A stretch of DNA of 64,000 nt. It comes from Felis catus (taxonomy: Eukaryota). The stretch lies in contig NC_058368.1 in the NCBI RefSeq assembly GCF_018350175.1, positions 212,476,001 through 212,540,000 of the forward strand, given 5' to 3'. The notes below the pieces were generated by a model. That model saw nothing but the letters and a program-made list of their open reading frames with translations, was not told the DNA's origin and did no database searches. How positions within the stretch are numbered: position 1 is the first letter of the stretch; each line of letters begins with the position of its first letter. The position numbers and the translations under genes were made by a program. Below, piece by piece: positions 1 through 14,028 of the stretch.

Positions 1-654
1 CACCCTGGAAGAAGGACCAACATAGTTAATTTAGAGATTGAAATTATTTCTTCCCAACGTGAGTCTTGTGGTGATAGTCTAAATTCTGAAGCACTGGTCA
101 GAAAAATTGAAGATGTGTAAACCATTGCTTTATATTTTGACTGAGTGGAAATAAATGAAAGTACTTGTTACTTTTCATATTTCCTCTGCTTGTCTTATTA
201 ACACTTTAGAAAGAGACCACAGATGATAGCCACAGCATCTTTCTGGGGGAATTCTGCTTTCATGGATTAGAGTTTTTGAGTTCATTGAGGACAAAGTATT
301 ATCATTTCATAAATCATTCACTATCCAAATTCCTCTTCCTCTTTAAATGGTGAAATATTCACCAGAGAGAGAGGGATGTGTAGGAGTAATGTATGGAATG
401 AACAAATATGGCTACATCGATTCCATTATGGAGTTGAGAATAAGAATCAAGCTAGTTATTTAGTTGTAGTTGTATATTTGACTTTCTAGCTGAATGGCAG
501 CTTAAGCTTGCTTTTGCTAACCCCTGAGTTATAGTCCCCAGTTTTGCTTCTCAGCCCTTCTTTCCACCTGTGTAATAGAATTCCCTCTATTATATTTCCA
601 CATCCCTGTTTTCTTGGTTGCACCCTGACTGATGGGAATAGATTCTGTTTTATT

Positions 655-856
655 TTATTTTTAAAAAATATTTATTTATTTTGGGGAGAGTGCAGGTGGT
701 GGAGGGGCAGAGAAAGGGGGACAGGGGATCTTAAGTGGGCTGTGTGCTGACAGGCTGACAGCAGCGAGCCCGATGTGGGGCACAAACTCACAAACCTCGA
801 GATCATGACCTGAGCTGAAGTTGGACACTCAACTGACTGAACCATCCAGGTGCCCC
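655..856 (-). mobile_element. Can-SINE (feliform variant with internal GCTGACAG duplication)
   Basis: Reverse complement starts GGGGCACCTGGATGGTTCAGTCAGTTGAG with tRNA-derived A/B boxes; T-rich tail at left; TSD TTCTGTTTTATT at 643-654 and 859-870. Confidence 0.95.
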
Positions 857-3800
857 AGTTCTGTTTTATTGATGGAAAGAAAAAGTGGGAAATAGTTGAA
901 GAAGAGAAACATAGATATATAGTTTATGAATTGATAATGTTTATGTTTAGGACTGGCCTGTGAGTTGTCACCTTCTTCCTCCTGTTAATTCCCTAGTCAC
1001 TGCTTACTTACAGTAGTTTGAAGGACCTGAGGTGGACACCTCAATTTGTCAAGTCTTCAGTGGTAGTTTTCATTACAGACTCTACCCCTGCTCAGTCATC
1101 TGACTCCCAATCAGTTCAGTTTTCCTCCAAGGGGATATGGAGTTTAATCATAGAGGGCTCCTATATTTTCTCTGTAAATGCAATACATGGAGAAGAAAGA
1201 AAGAATTCTTAACAGTTTAGTGTGGGAAATTAAATATTCAGTCCAAATGAATTTTCTCGTTCCTCCATAGAGCAGCATTTATGAAATTCAGACTTCATTT
1301 AGCATGGTTTTTGATTCTCCAACCAAATCATAATATCAATAATTTTTCTGCATACACTTTGGCTGAAATTTTCTCCATAAATAAAGCTCCTACTAAAATG
1401 ACTTCCTTAATATGATGTTAAATGTGATTAGTTCACTGAAAAACCACAGAAAAATAATATTTATATGATCAACACTATAAAGGTAATGCCCCAAATACTG
1501 CCTGGTCAGATGAGTGCTCTATAGAAAGCAATGTAAATGCTCTTTACAACTCTGCCTTTAAAGAGATCTGAAGAAACCATGATGGTTTCAGCTTCTTTAT
1601 CATAAAGGTTGATTCTGTGGTAAATCTTGTTAAAGAATGACTTACTGAATTGTGTCATAAAGAAACTGTAAAAGAAGTATGACATCCAACAATTTGCCCT
1701 CTTTATGCTTATAAAACCCCAGCATAATTGCATGTCTTTAAGATGTATATTTTGTCTGTGGCTTTAAAGCATACACAGGATTAAAACATTCAGTTATTCA
1801 AGAGACAATTCAGTATCAAAGATTTTGTAGAATTTGGAGAACTGAAGACCAAGATAGAAACCAAGATGGGTATTGTTCTTATCCTGGAAACCTAGCCCAT
1901 TTCCTCTGAGACAATCTTGAATTGTTAATTGCCTTCAATTTAATGCATTTATGTTTCATATCAAAATCTCAGGTTGAATGGGACTCAGATGATCTAGGGC
2001 TCACTTTATGAACACCTTAACATGAATTAGAATTAGGATGTGCAAAGCCAAGAATAGGCGACTAAGTGAATATAGGAACTTTCTTTGGCTCACAGAAGAA
2101 CTTGGACAGCCAGGTGCATTAATGCTCTGTGGGCATACATGCATGAAAAGCCTTATGTAAGTATCAGGTGCCAGCTGGTGATGATGGTGTATTAAAAATC
2201 GTCTGATAGGTGGTAACACAAATCCAGGCTCCTCGTAAAATAAGCTTACATATTTTTTTTGGTAGGAACCAACACTAGGCTGGACAGTTAATGAGCTCCA
2301 GAGTTGTTTATTGGTTACTCCTGGGAAGCCTGATGAAGTAGTTCAGTCATGCTAAGATGCTGTTTGGGTGGTGCTGGAAGCTTACGCAGCCTCAGTGCCC
2401 ATTTTTTCCCACAGTATGGTGGATATTTCCATGAGCCAGATGTCTGCATTTTTTAAGGGGACTCATTGAATGGAAATTGGTGAACTTTGTTTGTGCCTTC
2501 ATTTTCTTATCATATTTTGTTGGCCAGAGAGGAGAGCGGATTTATTGGGTCAGCTGGATGGCATTAGGTCAGAGGCAGATGGGAAAAGATGGTCTTTGCT
2601 AAAGGGTCTCAGCCAGCTTGCAAAAGGCTATGCTGAGAGGATGAAAGATAAGCAGACTTAGCAAGTGCAGGGAGAGGAAGCAGCACTTCCTTCAGGCAAT
2701 TCTCAGAACTGTTTCTAAGCTGTTTACTTCCTATTTTGATACCTAAAGCAATAAGGAACAAGGTCTCTGGACCAGTCTTTGGTTGGCCTTGTCCTGAGCT
2801 TGTTTATCCTCTCTTTCTGTCAGGAAGCAATTGTGATAAGCCTCTGGCACTGCTCTGGAAGATTTTTTTTTCCATTTTGTATGTGGCTTTTGATTGATCA
2901 TGTTGTGAACACAGTGCTCTATTCTTGGATTGATTTATTAACAGAGTTCAAAGAACCTCCACCGTTTAGAGGGTTTTTCTCCTTTTGCTTAAAGAGAAAG
3001 GCATTATTTGCACCTCTAAATAAGGGCATTTCCAGGCTTTCAGTCCAATAACTGATGAAGATTGAATGGCTTTGTGTCTAGGGATCAATGTGTGTACATC
3101 AAAATGTATTATATGTGCATACACTTGACATCTGAATTATTGGCCTGCAGCATATTTGTTTTTTTCTACTCGGAAATTGGAACATGAAAGACTTCTTAAA
3201 GAAAATACTGGTTTGGACAACTGATTTTGAGGCTCTAGGGTTTATTCAAAGAGTTTGTATTATTTTCTACTATAAGGGGATCCCTTCTTTTCTTCATGCT
3301 AAAGCCACTTCCCTTTCTATAGCCCTCCCTTTACAGTGGTCCTGAGCTATAACATGTTTATTTTGAATCATTGGTTATTATTGCATTGGATCTGTATATA
3401 TACTCCACCTGCTTTGGTCCAGGAATTTGATATGCTTGGCCCCACTTCAAATATTGTCAGCACCCTGTGCATTTAGAGCTCTATAAAAATATGAAATAAC
3501 AACCACAACTTTATGAGCTGAAAACAGCTTTTCTCACCACACTTCTCAGTGGACAACAGCAATTTCCACATTTGAAAAGCAACCAATATTAAACATCTTT
3601 CATTATCTCCATCTACTTGCAATAAAACTGATATAATGAGAAATGGGAAGCATCTTCTTTCTGTTTTGAGAAGATATAGATCTAAAAATACTTTTCAAAG
3701 TCAAAATAAAAAGAATATTCAATCTGCCCAGTAATGAGAATGCTTAGAAAGCTCAAGTTCAGCAGCTGGTATCACTTGTCATATTTATTTTCCCTTCTAT

Positions 3801-4949
3801 ACCTTGACCAGTAACAGAGGAGTAAAGAGAACAGAACACAGATGAGATTAGTTTCTTTAAAAAAAAAAAAACTGACCTTCCTACAACTCAAAGCAGCTTT
3901 GGTTTCTGGGAAAGCATCTCAAATTCTGAGGAATCATCAGATAAGGCAATTGTGACACACTGGATTAAATAAACAAATTAGACATTATACTAAACAAATT
4001 AGGGAAGTTATACAAGGATTTTGGTAATGACCAAAAAGTCTGGTAATGACTTTTATTAAGTCATTTTATTCAGTATGGCCATATGTCATGTTGAGTCAAC
4101 AAATGTTAGTCCAAGGACTGTTGCTGTTTTGTTGTCAAGTTCTTACTGTTTGTAGTAAAGACGGACACAATAGTGAGTTGTTCAGAAGACTAATTATTTA
4201 AAACTTATGTCATTACTTTCTATTTTATGGGCATTAAATGCATCTTCTTTTATGAAATGTTTGTGACAGTAGGTAGTCATATGGTCTATCTCTTTACAAA
4301 AAAATAGAAAAATATTACATCCCAGTGTTGGTCACCAGAATTTCTGGTGAAATGTAAAAGTCTACTATCGTCTTAGACCTTTTTCTAAGTCTATTTTCTA
4401 AGTCTAACAGGTATTTACTTGCAAGGAGACAGCAGTAGCTCTGAGCAGGCACCTGTGATGTCTCCAGTGAAATGTGGAAAAAGTGCATTGATTCATCACG
4501 TATATGAACTAACACAGTGATAAACAAAAAAAGAGTGAGTTGATATACCAACTGAGTAAAACTTTACAAATATTCATTGAAGTACATCATAGATAAAGAT
4601 CTGGGAACATATGCTGGGACCCCACAAAAGAAAACGTTGTCCAAGCTGACAAGTAGGATTTCTGGAAGTGATACCTCCTTACCTCTGGTGTCCATATTAT
4701 AGCTGATCATCAGCTGCAGACAGAGGACAGCTGCCTGAGCTCAGCAGTACACAGCCTCTGTTCTAGATTAGACTCTATTCACAAGAGGCAGCTTCCCTGG
4801 GTCCACAAACAGCTCACTGGCTCTAAGAGCAAGGTGTTCAGATTGAACTCTGCCAGCAAGCCGTGTGAGTAATCATCCAGTATTTTGAGATGTGATGTTA
4901 TTTATCAGATTATGTATTGTGTGGTGAGACTTGAGGAAGCACCTTTGAG

Positions 4950-5280
4950 CAACAAAATCAGGAGACGTGAGTTCTCTTTTAGGTTCTTTTTCCAAGTTGC
5001 TGGTGTAACTTCTCTGGACTTTGGTTTACTTGTTTATAAAGTGACAAAGTTGTACTAGGTCAGTGTTTCTAGTCAATGTCTGTTTACCACCGACATCAGG
5101 CTCAAAATGGTTGTACAAATGCAGATTCCTGGGCCCATCTGGCCCCCATTACATCAGAATTTTGTGGTAGCGCCCTGAAATCGCCTTTGTCACACTCTCT
5201 ACCTCTAGATGATTCTTTCACAAGCACAAGTTTGAGAAATACACTGTTGGACTAAATATCGCTCTAAGGTTCCTTAGAGC
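4950..5280 (+). mobile_element. MIR/MIR3 remnant interrupted by MER5
   Basis: Decayed MIR core (ttctctggactttggtttacttgtttataaagtg...) resumes after MER5 as ttggactaaat...tctaaggttcc. Confidence 0.6.
5061..5246. mobile_element. MER5-like hAT-Charlie non-autonomous DNA transposon
   Basis: Terminal inverted ends CAGTGTTTCT...AGAAATACACTG; internal AAATGCAGATTCCTGGGCCC and CATCAGAAT motifs typical of MER5A/B. Confidence 0.8.
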
Positions 5281-6289
5281 AGGTTGGCGCTTCAGAAGTA
5301 AAAATTCTCCCTGCCCCATGAGCTGAGGGATCTTCAGGGGTGTTTTGTCCAACTAAACTTTTGTAGATAAAGCATTTTGGAATTGAGTTATCTCCAGTAC
5401 TTTCAGTTAGGAAGATTGCATACATTACAGAAAAAACAAACAAAAAAATGCCCTCAAGGGGGAACACCGGGTTTTGAAAGCACAAATGGCCTTGCATTAC
5501 TTCTCCCTACAGTCACCTTCAAAAGAATCCCTTATAGGTCCTGACTTCCTCTCTGTGGGCCATGGGTCAGTCTGTGCCACAACCCTGCAGCCAGGTGATT
5601 TAGCTCTTTAGGGTTTGGTTCATTGCTGGTAAGAATTCAGTTCTTCCTTGACTCCTTCAGACTAAACATTTGAGTTACAAGCCACATAAAACCATTTGGT
5701 AGGGATTATAGCTAGGGAAATTCAGTTCACAATCTGACACCTCATAAAGCTTTATTTTAGAGTTTGTGGGGTTTGTTGTATATAATTTATTTTTTTGGCC
5801 TTAAGCAAGCACCTGGATGTGGGTTTTTCTTTTTCTGGATGACAAAATAAAATGGGGCTCAGTTAATTTCTCCCCTTTAAATGCTTTATGATCTCTGCCT
5901 CATTTTATTTGGACTTAATTGGGCTAGCTAGGACCATTGCAAATACAAAGCAGCTGGAGGAGCTTGGGTACAACCAGATGAATTTGAGGTTTCCTTTATC
6001 CAGCATATAGAGTGGTATACAAGACTCTAACTTTATGTGTATATTTTGGTTCTCTAGGACTCCTTTTCCACATGATAAATATGCTGATTAAATCCATGAG
6101 ATGATCTTGGTTCCAGTTTTTATAATTCTATTCTCATTATTCTAGACTGTTTGGCAGCATGACTTATAAAAACAACAATAAGATTGTGGAATATAAAATT
6201 GGAAAGAAAGGTATATAGGCTCTCTAGAGAAAGGAAATTTAAAATATTCAAAATATATAAAGTTAAAAGATAGATTTAATTTCTATATG

Positions 6290-6520
6290 GATACGAAGGG
6301 AAAAAATCAGGACTGTTGGGTAGACGTTATAGGAGTTAGATCTAAGTTCAAGGAATGGAAAAACTTTTCAAATATTTGCATTGGTTCAGTAATGGAGAGG
6401 AATACATTAGCTTTCAGGGCAGTACCTTGCCCATCACTGGGATTGTTCAAGCAGACATATATTTACACATGTCTCAGGAATACTGTAGAGAATATTCCCG
6501 TGATGATATGAGATTAGACA
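6290..6520 (+). mobile_element. L3/CR1 3' remnant
   Basis: cccatcactgggattgttcaagcagac...tgtctcaggaatactgtagag resembles the CR1/L3 3' end consensus. Confidence 0.55.
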
Positions 6521-7047
6521 TTGTCATATGATTTAATAAAATAATGGTTAGGTAAGTCACAAAAATAGATGGACTGTTCAGGAGTGTTAAAAGAACTATG
6601 ATTTTTTTTTCAAGAAAAGAAGACAATGGCAACAAGAAAGAAGATATAAAGCATTATTATGTATATAAAGACCACTGTCATGTGGTCTTTTGTGTTTGCT
6701 GAGAAGTAAAAAGAATAGAAGAGAGTTTAGATTCCAGCAACTATTTTTTGTTCTAGCTATTAGAAAGCACCCATTGGAATAGTAATTAAACAGCTCTACA
6801 TCAGAGGACTTGCAATTCATTTCATAAGTGTTTACTGAACTCCTACTATATACGAAATATGTGCTGAGATGAAATAGCATGTGAGTTTTAAAAAGGCATG
6901 CTTATTTTTAGGGAGAAAAGATATAACAGTGCTGTTTTTATTAGTAATATGTTCTAGAGGGGGGAGCCCTTGTAAAAATGGTAGTTTGGTTTTGACACCA
7001 CTTCATTCCTCTTTTAGTTACTTCTCCTCCTGCCTTTAGCAACTCTT

Positions 7048-7165
7048 TCTCATTCATTTGACAAATATTTATGAAATATCTACTAACTTCAGATACTATT
7101 CAAGCTATAAGAATATATCAATGAACATCAGAGACAGAGTGAGTGGTGCCTTGAATCTACATTTT
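7048..7165 (-). mobile_element. L2 3' end remnant
   Basis: tcattcatttgacaaatatttatgaaatatctacta... is the reverse complement of the typical L2 tail. Confidence 0.6.
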
Positions 7166-7410
7166 GTTTTTTTGATTATCTAAATTCTAAAATGAGTTTA
7201 CCTCATCAGAAGCTCAACCTCTACCTGCCCCCTGCAACACATATTAATATGTTGTCAACTCTGTTCTTCACAGTAACTGGAATAAGTGGCAGGCATGTCA
7301 GGTATGATCAAGGGTGCAGAAACAGAGCATCAGCACTTAATATGCTGGCAACATTCACTTCCTCCACTTTAATGCTAAATAGAAATGTGATACACTTCAT
7401 AAACACATTG

Positions 7411-7800
7411 GGTTATGGACTGGCTTGTGCCGCTCCTCGATTCATGTGTTGAAGTCATGAGTCCCAATATATCAGAATGTAATTGTATTTAGAGACGGGT
7501 CCTTTAAAGAGGCAGTTAATGCAAAATGAGGCCATATAGGTGTTCCCTAATCCAGTATGACTGGTGTCCTTATTAGAAGAGGAGATTAGGACACAGACAT
7601 ATAAAGAGAGAGACCATGTGAAAACAAAGGTAGCCATCTACAGACCAAGGAAAGAAGCCTCAGAAGAAACCAACCCTACAAACACCTTGATCTTGATTCT
7701 AAATATCCAGAACTATGAGAAAATAAATTTCTGTTTAATCCATCTAGACTGTTTAATCTATCCACTACTTCATTATGGCAGCCCTGGCGAACCTAGTACA
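7411..7800 (+). mobile_element. MaLR solo LTR (MLT1A/B-like)
   Basis: gttatggactg...gttgaagtc...tgactggtgtccttattagaagagg...AATAAAtttctg...atggcagccctggc...TACA. Confidence 0.9.
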
Positions 7801-8988
7801 CACACAGTAAGGGAGAGTCAGTAAGACATGATTTCAAAATTTTTTATCATATAGAAATAAGGCTGCTGTAATTCCATCTACTCCCCCACATCTTCTTCCC
7901 CATATACTTGCTTTGACATCACTGATGTTGGAAGTCAACACCTGAAAACTTTACCCTCATTATTTCAGATTTTCCAGGGATTGGCATTGCATGCCAATCA
8001 ATGTCTGTCTAGCATATCAGTGATTCCCTGAGGAAGAGGCAGGTTGGTGAGAAGGAATTTGTAATTATTATTATTTTTTAAGTTTCTGTTTAGAGGCATC
8101 CCACTGAGGTATGCACAAAAGATAGATCTGGTATGTCACTACAGGCATGTTCCAGCCTTCAGGATGCAAAAAATCCTCCTGAATCTAATTAGATATGGAG
8201 TCAAAGTAAAGAACTTCCTTCCCCAAATTGACTGTGGGAGTTTTGTGTATTTATTTGAGTGAACTGGGTAAGTCGACAGTACCAGCCAATCTACAAACTC
8301 AAGCTGTGATTTATACTTTGGTGGGAAGGAAGAGCAGCTTTAGAAACTCAGACATCTTCTATATACGATATGACCCTGGTCCTTGTTGGCCAGCCCCTTC
8401 TGAGGCAACAGTGTACATCTGCAGTGATTTGTGCAGGCAGAATCTGCGGCTTGGACATATTGGTGTGACTCCCTTCTCCCTGTCCCATGCACATCTTGAG
8501 GATTAGATGGCAGAGCCCACCCACCATAGTGGTCCCATGAAGAAGGGTTTTGTTACCTGTTCACTCAAGGTAATGAGGAGGAGGTACTATTTTTTTTTTT
8601 GAAATAGCTGCTTTAGAAGCAGAGGAACTGCTGAGTTTTTGGTTTTGTTTTTGAGTTTAAATTGAATAATTTTTTTTTTAAAAAAAGAAACAGAGGAAAC
8701 AGCTGCAGGGAGAAGCATTTTCCAAGAAGGTTATCCTAGGTCAAATGTCATTGAGGATGTAGCATGAAGAGGAAAACCTTGAACAGATCAGGGGAGGTCT
8801 GGATTTAATCCCAACTCTAGCACAAGAACACAATGATTGGACAGGTCATTTAGACCCAGTGTTTCTTCCTAAGAAATTTAGCCTGTGAAGAATAATGATG
8901 GTAAAAATTGACATAGTGCATATACCTAGTCAAGGACTAAATGTTTTACATTTATTATAACTCAGTCCTTTCTAGGGTTCTGAAAGCC

Positions 8989-9692
8989 TGTTGTCTTAGA
9001 ATTCTAAAATGCTTCCCGGGATTCCTGCCCCCTTGTATATACCTGTATACCCTGTATGATCTGTTCCCCCCTCCACACCCACTTCAGTATTAATGAGACT
9101 TATAAATATGAAGGTTATGCTCCATGATTATTTTATTTATAAGGTGAAATAATTTTGTAGATGTTACTAAGGTCCGTAATCAGCTGGCTCTGAGTTAATC
9201 AAAAGAGAGATTAGCCTAGATGCGTTTGACTTAATCAGATGAGCCCTTCAAAGGGACTGGGCCCATGCTGACAGAACTGTAGTGTAAAAGGGATTCATCT
9301 ACTGGTCTTGATGTAGCAAACTGCTATGTTGGGGAGAAGGCCACATGGCAGGAAGAGCAGGCAGCCTCTAAAAGCTGAGAATGGCCCTCTGATTTACAGT
9401 AAAAAAAAAAAAAAAAGTGGCAACCTTAGTCATGTAGTCACATGGAAATGACTCAGAGAAGTTAGAAGCAGATCTTTTTCTAGTTAAGACCCCAGACAAG
9501 GATATATCCAGTCAACACCATGATTTCAACCTTGTGGGACTCTGAGCGTAGTAAACATAGGCACTAAAATGTACTTGACTGCTCACCCACAAAAACCATG
9601 AGATATACATTTCTGTTTTAAGCCACTATATTTGTGTCCACAGAAACTGCTGTTTATGGCACTTTGTTCTGCAACAATAGAAAATTAATACA
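8989..9692 (+). mobile_element. MaLR solo LTR (MLT1F/G-like), inserted in a minus-strand MIR (~8900-8988 and 9693-9840)
   Basis: TG...agaattctaaaatg...tttctgttttaagccacta...caacaatagaaaattaataCA; flanks carry MIR core cattttacaataaggaaactgagg. Confidence 0.8.
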
Positions 9693-11849
9693 CCTGTGCA
9701 TTATTACTTCCATTTTACAATAAGGAAACTGAGGTACAAGGTAGACTAAATTGCCTAAGGTTACGAAGTCAGTAAGTGTAGAACTTGGATTTGAACCTGG
9801 ATTTCTGGTTTCAAAGTGTGTGTATTTAACCACCGTGTTGCATTAAGCTCCGCCACCTGCCTTCTCTTTGTTTCCCTCTCCCCGCAAGTTGCCATGGCTA
9901 GAGTAGATATAGGACACTTCCCTCTGGTATAGTTAGTTGGAAAGTCATTTTGAAAGTAGTAACTCTAGGCCCCTGGCCTCGAGCCAGTCCCCCACTCTGT
10001 AACAACTCCCTTTTTACATAGATGGGAAATCCTAGGCTTCATTCCCAGAGGGCCTTTTTTTTTTTTTTAACACTTCTCTTAAAAAAAAATCTTCAGTTTT
10101 GAATTATAGCCCTGTGGTTAAGGGAAAATGACATTTACTGGGGAAGTAACTTGTTATGGTCTTAGGTACTCTGCCAGCTGCAATGAAAAGGGGGCTTTTA
10201 AATGTCATTTATACATTAAGAATGATTTAAAGAGACACTGAAGAATATACCCAGCTGGCATTGCCAAATCTGTAGGCGTTATATCCACAAGTATCTTGGG
10301 CTAAAATTTAATTTGTTCTTTTATGAGTGAATAGAGTATATTTTGCCCCAGGTCTGAACTAAAATGTTTTAAAGTTACACTTCATTTAAAAGGATTCATG
10401 GAGACATGCCTGATCTACAAAGATATAAAAGAGTAGACAGAAACTTTCATTGTACACAGAGTCTCTTTTTGGGGGGAAAATAGTAGGAAAAAAATGAGGC
10501 AATATTCTTTTAAGTATGAGGACTTAACCTGGATGGGTTTTCTTAAACTTTTAGAAAACGGAACCTCCTCTAATTTAAGTAAAAGATGACTGATGTTCAG
10601 GTAATGATAGCAGTCCAGATATCAGAAGATAACCAGGTGAGTAATCCAAATTACTCAGCAGTGGTGTTGAGTCATGATGTGGCTGGTTTGATCTGATCCC
10701 TGTAGAATGAGGGTTGGAGGAAGATTATAAAATCTTGAGGATATAATGGTACCACTGCAATGAATTTTAGCCTCTGCCAATTAATTTCACCTATGGTCAT
10801 GAATATATTAGCATTGTATATCTCTGTAATTTCGTATTTGTCATTCACTATTTTTGCTTGTAAAATGCAATTGAGAATCCCTCTCCCATTAACCTTCGGT
10901 TATCCTAGATATAGCCTTTGTACTTGCTTTGTAAACAATGGCAAAATACTGATACATTTTCTACTTTCTGAGTTTAATGGATCACAGACACATTACAATG
11001 AAAAGGGTCTTTATAATGTAAAGTGACATAAGAGTCTTGGTGTCAGTGGGCTGTGTACATTGAGTTGCTTTCATTACAAATGATGAATTTGGGCCAAATC
11101 ATCTAATGCATTTTAGTCTTCTCTGGGACCAAGAGCGTGCAGCACTTTGTAAGATTTTCATCAGGAGTGAGTGTGTTGTGTAATGGCTTTGGATACCATA
11201 GAATGATACCGTAGGCTTTCAGAAATAGAGTCAAAAGTGGTACAAAGGTGAAGCTATGACTAGTTGGTTAAGAAACTTGAAATGATGGTTAAGAAACTTT
11301 TTAATGATGCTAAAGATTGGATTAAAAAAAATCTAATTGAATTTAGTTGTATTTCTGTGGAACAGGGCCTGCATCTTAATCATGCTGCCCCAACTCCCCC
11401 CTACCCCTGACATAGCAAGCTCTCTTGAAGGCAATATCACCTACTTAGGATTATTGTGATGAATTTAGAAGGTAATTCATGAGACTACACCTAACACAAT
11501 GTCTGGCACCTGTGCAGTTATTCAACTGATAGTGAAATTTAAAAAACAAACAAGATTTTATTGCATACCCATTGAATGAATAAATGCAGGTATAAAGCAT
11601 TTTAGATACTTATATTGATGAGTAAGCATGGGATTTTCAGTAATGTGACTATATTACTTTTTAAAATAGAAAAACATTGTTTAAGAAAAGTCTTGCCATC
11701 ACCATTTGGGGCCTTGAGACAGCCAAATCCTTCTGGATAGAAAGGAATTTACATAGAGGGAATATTGGATAATTGAAGAACCTCCTGCTAAGATAAATTG
11801 GGCTATACCAAATTAGGTAATCTTTAATCAAAATATATAATAACACAAA

Positions 11850-12092
11850 ATAGGGCAAAATAGATGAAGGGCTTTAAGAGGTACAAAGTTCCAGTTATAT
11901 AATAAATAAGTCATGGGGATGAAAAATACAGCATAGAGAATATAGTCAATAATATTGTAATAGCTTTGTATGGTGACAGATGACAACTACACTTATTATG
12001 TGAGCATTCTGTGATGCATATAGTTGTTGGATCACCATGTTGTATACCTGAAAGTAATAGAACATTGTATGCCAACCACACTTCAATTAAAT
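11850..12092 (+). mobile_element. L1 3' end fragment (L1MA9/L1_Carn7-like) followed by an AT-rich decayed tail to ~12262
   Basis: aagaggtacaaagttccagttata...ataagtcatggggatg...gtatggtgacagatg...tatacctgaaagtaata...cttcaattaaa. Confidence 0.85.
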
Positions 12093-12347
12093 ATTATTAA
12101 ATATTAACAAATTAAATTATTATACGTATGTATGTTAATTCAATTGTATATGTATATATGCTATGTTCAAATTGAATATATAAATTTATAATTGTGTACA
12201 CATATATATAATATATATCATAAAATTACATACATTTGTATATAATATATACAAATAAAAATAATTTCACAAAGGTGTTCCCTGGGTTGAAACATCTGGC
12301 TCAGAAGCTTAGTTAGAATGGTATCTACATGGATAATGGACAGTGTT

Positions 12348-12545
12348 GTTGTTGTTTTTTTTTTAATTTTAATTCTGTTTATTTAACATACAGTGCAATA
12401 TTGGTTTCAGGAATAGAATTCAGTGATTCATCACATATAACACCCAGTGTGCATCACAAGTGCCCTCCATAGTATCTATCATTCCCTTCGTCCATCTTCC
12501 ACCCACCTCCCTCCGTCAACCCATAGTTTGTTCTCTATCATTAAG
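12348..12545 (-). mobile_element. 5'-truncated carnivore L1 3'UTR insertion
   Basis: T-rich tail plus ttaacatacagtgcaatattggtttcaggaatagaattcagtgattc; TSD AT(G/A)GACAGTGTT at 12336-12347 and 12546-12557. Confidence 0.9.
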
Positions 12546-13810
12546 ATAGACAGTGTTTTATTATGTACATCAGTTAAAATCTAACTCAAGCAGAAGGAAA
12601 ACTGGGGGGAAAAGCCCTCTTTCTCTGAGAACTCTGCCCGTGGCCTATGGTCAAGTGCACTTCTTGATATTCTTGTCTACATAAAAACAAATTAGTTGCA
12701 AGGATATTGATTACGTCCCTCTTCTATTTCAGGAACCATAACCTTGCCCTAACTGGCAAACAGGTCACAGAAGGCCAGTCATATTGTGTCTAAGTTCTTA
12801 TAAAATTGAACAGTTTTATTTATTTAATTATCTTCACTGGACACTTTTGATATATTTTCTTCTTTAAATTTTCTTTTTTAATGAAAGATTCCATTTGTCA
12901 CTCAGGTGTTCGGGCCCTTTAACCACAAATCACTGTCATCCTCGTTGTCTGAGGAAAATGGAAACAAATATTCGGAAATGAGGGTAGGTAAGCCTGAGCC
13001 TTGGTTTAAGTAGTGGAAGGAAATGTAGTTAGTTTAAGCATAGAGGAAATCTTTCTTAATGAAACTGGATTGATTCCCTTCAGAAATAAAAGCCGAAAAT
13101 GCTCTGTGGGGAAGGTGAGACACTTAGTGACAGTTTGCTTAGCTTTCAGTACTGTGGTAAATGGTAGCTTGCTGGGTGAGAGCAGTCAGAAGGGACTCTA
13201 CCACCAGGAGAATGAGTGGCTCAGCAGAGGGCATGCCCTGAGCAAATAACAAGAAAGTTTGACTTCCACAGCTGTACCCTCACTTCCCACAGCCTCCTAA
13301 TGCAACCTTTCCCTCAATTCTACAGTTTCTTTTTGCCACTTTCTTTCCAAAGACTTACAAAGTGTTGGGTTCCAAATATATTTGTGTAGTGTTAAAAAAA
13401 TATTATTTCTCTTAGGTAGTATATGAAATAGGCTAAATTACTACCCCTGTTTTGTCTCATTTCATTTTGCATCCTTCCCAGAGGAAATTTATACCACTAT
13501 AAGACTGCATGCCCTAGTGTTTGTCACACACAGAACCTACCAGTCTCCATCATTTTTTCCAAATTTTGTTTTTGTTGTTTAAATAGGACTCTGTCAAACT
13601 TAGCATTATACTGAAATGCAACAATATGACCTCTAGGGGTTGCATCTTTTTTGAAGAGATAAAGATATGTAGTAAAGAGGACAGATTACAAAGTATGGCT
13701 TCTGTCCAAGTGAAAAGTATTCCAGAATAGCTATAAACCATCAGGAAATGCAGCAGCTTCAGTCTAACCTGATGAAGAAATGCATCTCAAATAAGACTCT
13801 TTTCTAATTT

Positions 13811-14028
13811 TTTTAAATGTTTATTTATTTATTTTTTAGAAAGTGGGGTAGAAAGAGAGAGAGAGAACTCTGCAAGCAGGGGAAGGGCAGAGAGAGAGGG
13901 AGATAGAGAATACCAAGCAGGCTTCTCACTGTCAGTGCAGAGCTGGACACGGCACTCAAATTCACGAATCAACCTGAGCCAAAAGTCAAGAGTGGGATGC
14001 TTAATCAACTGAGCCACCCAGGCACCCT
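13811..14028 (-). mobile_element. Can-SINE
   Basis: Ends gagccacccaggcaccc; GA-rich segment and T-rich tail; TSD GACTCTTTTCT(A/G)ATTT at 13795-13810 and 14029-14044. Confidence 0.95.

Noticed and set aside
4332..4350. Short perfect palindromes (TCACCAGAA-T-TTCTGGTGA; also 1573-1589)
   Set aside because: Arms of 8-9 bp are expected occasionally in 64 kb and are too short for a pre-miRNA or MITE.
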